NCBI RefSeq assembly: GCF_023055435.1
Contig: NW_025963779.1
Coordinates: 52,576,001 to 52,640,000 of the forward strand
Length of the DNA: 64,000 nt
Source of the DNA: Haliotis rufescens
Lineage: Eukaryota
Reading direction: 5' to 3'
The translations under genes and the position numbers were made by a program. Shown here in pieces: positions 26,411-37,700 of the stretch. The notes beneath the pieces were generated by a model. That model was not told the origin of the DNA, made no database searches, and saw only the letters and a list, made by a program, of their open reading frames with translations. Every line of letters begins with the position of its first letter. Position 1 is the first letter of the stretch.

Positions 26411-27095
26411 ATGTGTATGTGTATGAGTTTCCATAATCTGCACTGTCCGCCTGGAACTGGCTTGTTTGAGTCCCCGTCAATGAGAGTGAAGGGCCTAGGA
26501 CAATCCGGGTTCGATTTCCCACCGATACAGAAAGGTATATTTTGCTTCATTAATAAGTCATTTCATTTACAACGCCGCTACGTCTCTCATATGGACTGCC
26601 GGTGTGAGATAACAATGATCAAACAATCAACGGTTTATCGCTATCCTTTGGACACCGCGTTTACAACATTTGTATGTCATGAAAAGGCACTTCACACCCA
26701 GAGAAGGGTCTGTTCGAACAATAAATCAACGTATTATTTGTTATTATTTCGATCAATGTTTTTACAGCATGTGCACGCTATGTGCATGCACTTCAAAACA
26801 GCGTCATGGTGATGGTGGTGGGGGTTGGTGATGGGGAGAGAAGATATTTCTGGTATTGTAATATTTAGCTTTTCTCATTTTAATTTAGATTTAACAGATT
26901 TTGACTTAACTCATCTACAACGTGTTCAAGCGTAAACTTCATGATAATCGAAAAAAATGGTAACTATATTGTCTTTTAACATACTTGAATACTTTAAGAT
27001 AGGTATTGTATTACAATGTATACAGGTAACATAAGTCCTGTTGTATTTTAGTGTCTAGTCAAGCCTAGTCTAAAGATGACCGGGCGATTAATGTT

Positions 27096-27113
27096 GTGAT
27101 GTGATGTGATGTG

Positions 27114-27157
<44 letters not shown>
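27096..27157. repeat. (GATGT)n plus (CT)n microsatellite
   Basis: Read directly from the sequence. Confidence 0.95.
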
Positions 27158-27161
<4 letters not shown>

Positions 27162-28685
27162 ACCCTTGTGTCTCTTGGTGTCAATATCAAATTCGTCATA
27201 ATTTTCAAGTGTACATATAATTATATATGCACATGTCTGAAATTGTTTCGAAGTTGGTAAAGTGTTAATTCAGCGTGTGCACACTCAGAGTATAGCACAT
27301 TAAAAAATGTTGCAATTTGACAAGCAACTATTTTCAGAAGTTTTTATCTGTTGGAATGGATAAAGTAAATTATCAAAATTATTTAATTCCTATAGGTTTG
27401 TACTTTCGTGAAGATCCGGGGTAGAATAGGTTTTCAAGAATCCATGCTTGCCGTAAAAGGCGATTATGCTTGTCGTAAGAGGCGACTAACTGGACCAGGT
27501 GGTCAGGCTCGCTGACTTGGTTGATGCATGTCATCGTATCCCAACTGCGTGGATCGATGTTCATGATATCAATCACTGGCTTGTCTGGCCCAGATTAATT
27601 ACAAACCGTCGTCAAAACAACGGCGTTCAACAACAACAAAAACCAAAAACAAATGATATGTTTGTTCCTGAAACAAGTCCATATGACCTAACACATCAGG
27701 CAATCGTAACTGTCTTAGAGGGTTTGTATTCTTTGTCAACTCATGGCAACTATATACGCTTGTTTGTGACAGATGTATGCCCAATACAGGTAAAGTTACA
27801 TCAGTGTGTCAGAGTGTGTAGGGTTGTATGTAACTTTAAGTTATGCAATTAAGAATTGAACGTCAGTTTGGATGGGTTCATTGAAGTGTGAACGATTTAA
27901 AATCGCTGGTTTAACTGTGAACCTCCGAGCTTGCGAGTTGCATCAGTGTGTCAGAGTGTGTAGGATTGTATGCCATTTTAAGTTATGCAAAAACAATTGA
28001 TACGCCAAGAATGTGTGTGACACATTTCATCCATGTGATGATTCGAACCCGGGTCATCGGTGTCGTATGTAAACGGTTTGACCACCTGACCAACCCAATC
28101 GCCCCGCAGATCGCAAAAAATATGATGCCACTCATCATGTATAATACATTTATGTTTGACATTCTACATGACTTGGTGACGAAGTGGAGACTTCATAAGG
28201 CTAAAAAATACCCCGTTTTTTCGAGGAGATCCACTGTAGTGGGCGTTAACGGCGTCCTGCTGTACTGTTATTTGACATGTCGACATCGCTCAAACTATGA
28301 TCTTTCGGCTTGTGATTACATCTCGACACAACGGATGATTAATCGAACGAAGTATGGTAATTTCGACACGTCGAGTTACTCCTGCACCAGTGCTGGTAGT
28401 TCGTACTTTGTTCACACCCTAACATGTCGGAACCGAGCGACACGCTATATTTCAATGTCGACATGTCGAGTTCCTCTGCCCGAATGTTGATTCAGTGACC
28501 TGATGAATAGTGTGTCCAGTATGCAGTCGTATTGTTATGTCGACATGTCGAGTTATCGCTGCTCGAGGTATATGTTCCTTTGTTTGCACCTGAGCACGAA
28601 CAAAGATTAGATACAGTCATCTTGCTAGTGTTCCCTGTTCGAGTATTGATTCAGGTAATTCATATTAAGTGTGTTGCAAGATCTG

Positions 28686-28781
28686 TTACAAATTCTCCAC
28701 AGCCTCGCTAAAGGTCATCAAGTCTTCCAAATTGCTCAAATGCAGGTCAGTCTTGATGTAATTGTAGAAGAATTCTGGTGC
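28686..28781 (-). CDS. Paralog C exon 10 (terminal)
   Basis: tttacag|APEFFYNYIKTDLHLSNLEDLMTFSEAVENL*. Confidence 0.85.
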   Translation of the reverse strand, partial: APEFFYNYIKTDLHLSNLEDLMTFSEAVENL

Positions 28782-31700
28782 CTGTAAAGAAAAGAACGTT
28801 ATCATTTAGCTATAATCGATACATGTGAATCTTCAGAATGTCCGTGTGAAGATCCGGGTTAGAATAGGTCTTCAGCAACCCATGCTTGTCGTAAAAGGCG
28901 ACTATGTTTGTCGTAAGAGGCGACTAACGGCATCAGGTGGTCAGGCTCGCTGCCTTGGTTGATGCATGTCATCGATCCCAATTGCGTGGATCGATGCTCA
29001 TGTTGCCAATCACTGGATTGTCTGGTCCAGACTCGATTACTTACAGACCGCCGTCATATAGCTGGAATATTGCTGAGTGCGGCGTAAAACAACAAACAAA
29101 CAAACGAATGTCCGTGTTTTAATAAAGACTCAAAGGCTAACGTTACTGTGATTATGACATGATTGTTTTTACACAACTTTAATGGATAGAGTGGTAATGT
29201 CATGAGTAGGTTGACAGAGTGGCGCTGGAGCCTTGTTCATGATACCGATCTCTGGGTTGTCTGGTCCAGACTCGATTGTTTTCAGGCCACCGTCATATGG
29301 CATGAATATTGCAGGGTGTGGCGTTGGGCAACAAACACCTACTGTTTTTTGTTTTAGCCCCTTAATGCCGAGCGCCAGACAGGGTTATAACAAGTACCAT
29401 CTTTTAACGTCTTTTGGTATGACGCGGCCGGGGATCGAACCCCGGACCTTCCGCTCTCCGGGCGGACGCTCTTCCACTAGACCACGGACTCAAATATGAA
29501 GTCATCATGATGAAAAGACTATACTCAGCTAATTTACATGATCTTGATTTAACAAAAATTGGAGCAATTAGAAAGTAACACCTGAGATGCTCTTTCTAAA
29601 TACTTGATTTAACCTTAATTTGTATTAATAACACATAACAAGGCAGAATTCCAATTTGACCTTTTTAAATAGTAATCATAAAAATAACGATACTGTTGTT
29701 TTAAGAGTATAGGGTCACTAATTTAAAGATCAGTTTACCTTACAGATCATTTGTCATGAGAAAAAGAATAATATATAAGACAAGGATACCACATTTTAGA
29801 TAATACACGACGTAGGAAGAGCGTAATAACTATTAAGAATCGCATTTTTATATTATGAATTTTGTGTTTTTGTAATAGCCACTTCAATATATTCAGCTGT
29901 TTACCTTGTATGAGATCTTACGGAGAAACATCAGTTGCTTTCCGGTGAGACTTTTCAACGAGGAGTGTCTGAAAAAACAAAGAAATGACCTTTGACCAAG
30001 TAACCCAAAACAAAGCAGAAATATTCTGAAACGTGAACACCTATCTAATGCATTCACTTCAGTGATCTTGGATCTGGATAGAACCACAACACGTCCAACT
30101 TGTTGATCAGGGGTGCGTAAAACCTACTGAATGCGTGAGTTTGGTGTTACAGCACTGTTGGAATATAGTTCCACATGACGTTTACCACTTTGGTGAAACC
30201 CACTTTCAGGGGAATCCACAACAGGTTCTGGAACAACTATGGGCCGCAAATCTGCCTCGAATCAAATCGAAATTATTGCCTGACAGTGTCATATATATAA
30301 CTTAATATAAATAACAGGGATTTATCAACGGAGAGGACGACAAAGATTAAATATTATGATTTTGTAAACTTTGTATCAACCACTTACTTGTCCAAGCTCA
30401 TTTTACAAAGCCAATTGTGAACGTCTTTGTTTGACCAGTTGGCAGTACCATCCGCACCCCGTGCAGCATCAGCTGGTTGAGACTTCACAATTGCAGTTGT
30501 CTCCCCCTAATAACAAGTTGATGAAATCTGTTGTAATAAGTTATGTAAACAGAAGCTGTGTACAATGAAACCCTGATAATCCGGACGGTGCAGCTCCAGT
30601 GAACTTGTCCCGATTAAAAATATCTCGATTGCCAGAATCATCGTTTTAGAGTAATATTTTTTGTACACGCTTCTGACAGAATCGTCCGGAAAACGAGGTC
30701 TCCAGCTGCAGAGTTACCAGGTTACACTGTATCAATGTCATGACAAAGTTTACAGCGCTAATGCTAACCAGCTGCATCCACGTGTCCTTTGTCAGGGAAG
30801 GGTACACTGATGCAGTGTAAGTCTAGCTCACAACTACGACAATCACGAAAATTCTAAACCCAAACCATTTTACTGACAACACGCATGAATGTGGTATTTT
30901 CTATTATTCCTAAAGATCAAAGATAAAATTTTCAAACTTCTTTTTCCTTTAGGGAGCAGTTCAAAAGTTTAAAGCGAAAAAAAAGTTACTTCCGTGAGTT
31001 TGGGGGCATTACCATATATTTCTAAAGTAGGGCATGCAGCGTTCAAGTACGTCAAGTTGGCTCGAGTTGTCGTTCATTTTTCATTGTGAAATATGAAACT
31101 TAGACCTGCTTTGAAATATTAAACCCCAGAAAGGTTTACTTTGTCGGATGTAAATAAGACCGTTAAGGAAGCTTAAGGAAATATGATTGCAGACCAAATG
31201 TCTAATCAGTCAACGCGTCCTCCAATATGCTGTCACTCACGTCAATGCTATCGGTTGATGATCCAGCCTTGCCCCGAACACCCAATTCTTTTATCAACTC
31301 CGATGCTTTCTGGTCAAAAGGGTATTTTCCACTGAAGTCGAAGAAGAGTTTTGCCCCTTTAATCAATCCCAGCCAGCCATCGGGCTTGTAGCCTCTCTGG
31401 AGAACGAGAGGTATGATGGGTTTCCGGAGGTCAAAGGCATATTCAGCTTCTGTAATGTGAATTCGTTTGTGTCAGTTTTGATGTGATACATAGAGGTGTG
31501 TGGGGGATGGTAAATATCCTGTATTAGGAATAAACATTGTATTTAGCGAGCCTTGGAATAGACCGGAAATAACTGCCCCTCAATGATAAGATCGGTAACT
31601 GTCCCTTCAAGGATTAGACCAGAAAGGCTCATTCCATCATCACTTGATTCATAAGGGTGTTAGATCTTACACAGACATGTAACTACGACTTAGTGAGGAA

Positions 31701-34700
31701 GTTTATCATCCACCTTATTACTCGTTACAAACTGGTATGTATGGACTAAACTCGATTATTTGTAGGTAGCGAATAGGATCTAAAGCTGCTTTGAAGAGTA
31801 TTTCAGTTTTATCATTGATTGCCAGCTAGGAAAACCTGAGGAGATTCTGATCTTCGATGTTTGCCACTTCAGTGAAACTCACCAGATGTGATGCTGACAA
31901 ATCAACTTAATAAGGACGAATCTGGGATTCGAACCCACGAGCATGGGTTTCTGAGTGAGTATGGTTTTACGCCGCTTTAAGCAATACTCCAGCAATATCA
32001 CGGCGGGGGACACCAGAAATGGGCTTCACACATTGTACCAACGTCGGGAATCGAACCCGGGTCTTCGGCGTGACGAGCGAACGCTCTAACCACTAGCCTA
32101 CCCGACAGCCCCTCATGGGTTTCATAGGTGAAAGAGATGCAGTTCTGTGGTGCATTAGCCAACTGGGCTACCCGTGTCGATACTTGTTAGCATCATAGGA
32201 TAATTCAAAAACTGCTGATTGCAGCGTAACGTAAACTTCATTTGTTTAACCATTAATACTGGTCTGAATATTGTGTCGCACGGGCCAATCCCTATCAACT
32301 AGAAATAATACTGAAACTAGTTGTCGTCCTACCTGATCTGCAGTTCTGGCTCAGCTTGTATCTCTCCGACATACACACCAACACCACAGACGCATTCTGC
32401 ACGGCCTCCGCCATCGCCTGCAATGTGGAGCCCTCCATGTTGTCGATGTCCATCCAGACCTTAAAATTGTGTTTTTTCAAAAACTCCTTGACCTTAAACA
32501 CAAGTATATGATTAAGATAACCTTAGAAATTATCAATCGATGTGTTTACAAGATTCGTAAGCTTCTAATGGCATGAAAAGTTTGATTTAAGCGCGTTCTT
32601 TTGTGGGATCAATGTTTTGCACTGTAGTTTACCAGAGTATGTGTTCTGTAATATGGAACAACATATGGTGCGACGAAAGTGAGTGAGTTTGGTTTAACGC
32701 TGCTTTGAACAGTTTTTCAGTGTCAGATTGCCGTGGAAGGAAAGTGGCACTGGTCTTAGACGTATACCACGTTCTTTTAACCCATCAGTAAGGTAGAAAT
32801 ATGATTAGGGAAAATCGGGATTCGATTAATGTCAATAGGTTTTGGCTTGTCAAAGGGACACAACTCCACAGCGAATTACAGAGCCTTAGACGACTGGCTC
32901 ATCCGAGCCCCCGAAAGACACCACAATCATGTATTTAGTTAGACAGAAAAGAACCATTAGATTTATTTCATGTCGAAGTATAACAAGAAACATACCTTGA
33001 TAAGCATTTTCTGGTCCGCCCACTGATAACTGATCATAACGTGGCCTGCATCCTGCACAATTTCGCCCTTCTTGACTGCATCTTTCTTCTTAAGTTCTGC
33101 TCGAAATGAAAGGGGAATACATTCTTCATAAACATTGACGAACTCTCACGCTTCGTGACTTTAGCCTCACTTTAAACAGATTTCAGTTTCAGGGGTGACA
33201 GTTGAATGTTAGAGAAGAGCCCTTGGCATCTTCCAGAGGCAAGGGCGTTAACTGACTGTAAACGTCCAGTTTCCACCCTTGCCGATTTAGGCTGGAATTT
33301 CTGTGCTCGATCGTTGCTCGTTGATATTACGAGTTATGTCCCTTCTATATCCTTCTATTGACCAATCAGATTCCACCTCTCATATCACTTATTTTTGGCT
33401 CGAAACGAAATTGCGGTGCCCAGTTATCTGATCGATAATCAAGATCTATATTTGTAATAATGCGGGTCTTCAAATAACGTGAGGACCTTGATTAAAAACA
33501 TGAAAAGATTTGTAAAATGTCTGTTGACGCAAAGTTAACGGTACACGTGATTTGCAAATCCTGAAATGGACCGAAATCTGCACCTCAGATTACGAATCGG
33601 ATGTCGATTTCTTTACGCGAGTTTCATTGGACTATGCATAAACTCGTATGTCCAGTCAAAATATAACTCCATAACTCCAGACAAGTTACACGAAAGCGTG
33701 TGGTATCATGTGACGCACCAGTTAACAACTTGGGGGAATGAGGACCAAGGAATTTTGGTTAGGATATTTTTACGGCCACTGCTACAAAACACGCATGTTT
33801 TCTGTGAAAGGGGGAGCGTAACACTTTAATTTTATTTAATTTTTATCTGGACATCCGAAATTTTCAGTAAACAGTTTCTTTTTTTCAGTAACGGACCTGA
33901 AGGCAAATTATATTATTTCATTATTTTATATTATGCAAGTTTTTTTTTTATCGGTAGTAAATAATGTGGGGGTTTTTTTAAAAGAAACAAACACACACAA
34001 GCAAGCACGCACGCACATACAAACCTGAGAAAAAACACTATATTTTCGCAGTATTTTTCGGGACAAAACAGGGTTCAAAAACAAAATGTCCAAAAAAATA
34101 TGGCATGGTCGTTCCCTTACTCTTGTTCCCTCGCTTCTCCTCCTGAGTGATGGCCCACAGAGCGCCCCCGGAAACCTTGGACAGTTTCTTATTGTTTTGT
34201 GATTCGTTCATTTTCCTCAGTATCGCCATCAGTTCAGCGTTTTCCTTAAAACCCAAGCAGCAACAGAATAGATACAAACAAAAAAACGTTATTGTAGTTG
34301 TGCTGTCAAAACAACCGTCACGCCAAATCTCAGGTTCGATTCCCCAGATTGGTAAATATTTGGTGTCAAATCTCGTAATATTTTAGAATATTGCTAAAAC
34401 AGATTAAAATCCTTATCATATCACTGAAATATCAATTCAAATAATTATTGATTGGATAATGGAGTAGTGTTGACGCCCCTGTGAGGCATACAACACCCAT
34501 TTCACGACCAGAAATTGGCTTCACGATTTCAGGCCATGTGAGGAATCGAACCCGGGTCTTCGACGAGCAAACGCTTTAACCACTAGGTTACAATACCACA
34601 ATCATTAACCCACGTGTCATTCTTCTAAGAAAAGGTTAAAGACTACTTTTGTAGTAAAGACTATACTCTGTTGATATGCATAACTGTAGAGAAAGTGACG

Positions 34701-37700
34701 TTAATCCTTGACAAATTTCACTTTAACGACCTACCACAAATATTCGCTGATTTTCCTTATCGAAAGCAAGCTCCCAAACACACTGAACAGCCTTCTCTCG
34801 CTCGTCATCTGATCCTTCCTGCATGACAGTCATCAACACAGGGATCGCTCCCTTCTCTGTGAGGATCTTCTTATTGTCATCGTTCTTCGCCAGTCCAGTG
34901 AGTCCAACTATCAGCTCAGACGCGGAGAAACCGTTGCAACGATGACGTTGATCTCTCCATGCAGACATTATCATGTTTAACATTATGGTAAAGACGGTAC
35001 TGTCTGCGAGTAGAGCTTTATTGTCATCCTCGTCGATTATGTTCGCCAGCAGCAGGAGAAGCATCATTTTCATCTCTGTTGAAAATTCAATGACAGACAG
35101 ACAGGATGACAGAAGCAATGTACTTTTACTGATGGCTTGGTCTGGACGTCCCTTTCATACTGAATAACACAACATACTTTTGTTAAAGTCAGATTAAGTA
35201 GTTCAATATAACGCATCTAAGTGCAACATCGTTGATTTATAATAAGGTGTATGTATGTAGCAGTAATTTTACTCTGGTTGGTTTGTGAAGCGGGTACCAT
35301 GGTAAACGATTTAACATCAAAAAGTAACATCAAATGCCTTTGAGGATACGATCCTATCTGGCAAAGCGAGGAATCATCATTCTCCCAATCTGGTCCCAAT
35401 CTGGTCCCAATGTGTCGCCCAGTTGATGATATTGATGATTTGTCACTAACGGATTGGGATAGTTAGTTATTGTTTGGTTGACGCAGATCTTTGTTGTTTG
35501 AATGAACTGACTCACATTTGACAGTACAGCACATGATTTATGCCCGGAACCCCGTGGTACCTTATGGTAACATTATGTCCTGCATGTGCAGCAGTCCAGA
35601 AAATACACACGCTCAGCATAGTCTTCAGTTTGTTTGTTGTTTAACACTCACTCAAAATATTCCAGCTATAAGACGACGGTCTGTCAATAATCGAGTCTGG
35701 ACCAGGCAATCAAGGGATTAACATCATGAGCATCGATCTGCGCAATTGAGATACGGTCCATGCATCAACCATGTCACAGAGCCTGACCACCCGATACCGT
35801 TTGTCGCCTCTGACGACAAGCATATGTTCTGAAGACCAACTGTAACCCTGATCTTCACGTCAACAGGAATTAATATTATTTGTTTGGGAGGTACCATTGT
35901 TAACTATTTGTATAGCTTCGGGAATATACAGAAATATAAGTTATCTATTGCATTATTTCATTCCTGTTGATCCCACTCACCTGGGGCGTCACCTTTAAGA
36001 TAGGCCATGGCTACAGACACTGTCCCCAGTTCCCTGATGGGTTGGCGGGTGACGGGGCTGTTGGAGCAGTTGTGGAGGACGCCCCTAGCAGACCGGAACA
36101 TTGGGTCAGTTGCTGACACCTGCAAAACAAGGATGAACAACAGACTGTCAACACATACACTCAACACACTGTCAACACAGACACACAACAAACCGTCAAC
36201 ATAGATACACCACAGACTGTCAACACAGACACAACAGACCGTCAACACAGACACAACAGACCGTCAACCCAGACACAACAGACCGTCAACACATACATAC
36301 AACACACTGTCAACACAGACCCACAACAAACCGTCAACATAGATACACCACAGACTGTCAACACAGACACAACAGACCGTCAACACATACACTCAACACA
36401 CTGTCAACACAGACACTCAACACACTGTCAACACAGACAGATACACAACAGACTGTCAACACAGACACACAACACACTGTCAACACAGACAGATACACAA
36501 CAGAATGTCAACACAGACACAAAACAGACTGTCAACACAGACACACAACAGACTGTCAACATGGATACGCAACAGACTGTCTACATAATTACACAACAGC
36601 TTGTCAACATGGATACACAACAGATTGTCAACACAGACACACAACAGACTGTCAACACAGAAACAACAGACTGTCAACGGTGATACACAACAGACTGTCA
36701 ACACAGCCACACAACAGACTGTCAATACAGACACACAACAGACTGTCAACACAGACACATAACAGGCTGTCAACATGGATACGCAACAGACTGTCAACGC
36801 GGATATACAACAGACTGTCAACACGGATACACAACAGACTGTCAACATTGATACACAACAGACTGTCAACACGGATACACAACAGACTGTCAACACGGAT
36901 ACACAACAGACTGTCAACACGGATACACAACAGACTGCCAAGACAGACACAACACACTGTCAACACAGACACACAACACACTGTCAACACAGAAAACACA
37001 ACAGGCTGTCAACATGGATACGCAACAGACTGTCAACATTGATACACAACAGACTGTCAACACGGATACACAACAGACTGTCAACACGGATACTCAACAG
37101 ACTGTCAACATGGATACACAACAGATTGTCAACATTGATACACAACAGACTGTCAACACAGACACACAACAGACTGTCAACACAGAGACACAACAAACTG
37201 TCAATACAGACACACAACAGACTGTCAATAAAGACACAAAACAGACTGTCAACACAGACACACCAGACTGTCAACATGGATACACAACACACTGTCAACA
37301 CAGACACACAACAGACTGTCAACACAGATACACAACAGACTGTCAATATAGACACAAAACAGACTGTCAACACAGACACACACCAGACTGTCAACATGGA
37401 TACACAAGAGACTGTCAACACAGACACACAGCAGACTGTGAACAAAGACACACAACAGACTGCCAAGACAGACACAACACACTGTCAACACAGACACACA
37501 ACACACTGTCAGCACAGACATGGATATACAACACACTGTCAACACAGACACAACACACTGTCAACACAGACACACAACACACTGTCAGCACAGACACAAC
37601 AGACTGTCAACATGGATACACGACAGATCGTATATACAGATACAGAACAAATCGTTAACATTGACACACAATTGTCTTGCAAGTATAGTTTTTTATACTT

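Noticed and set aside
27948-28490. 180-aa plus-strand ORF
   Set aside because: Non-ATG start, overlaps a SINE fragment and a repeat with tcgacatgtcga palindromes downstream of paralog C; no recognisable protein motif.
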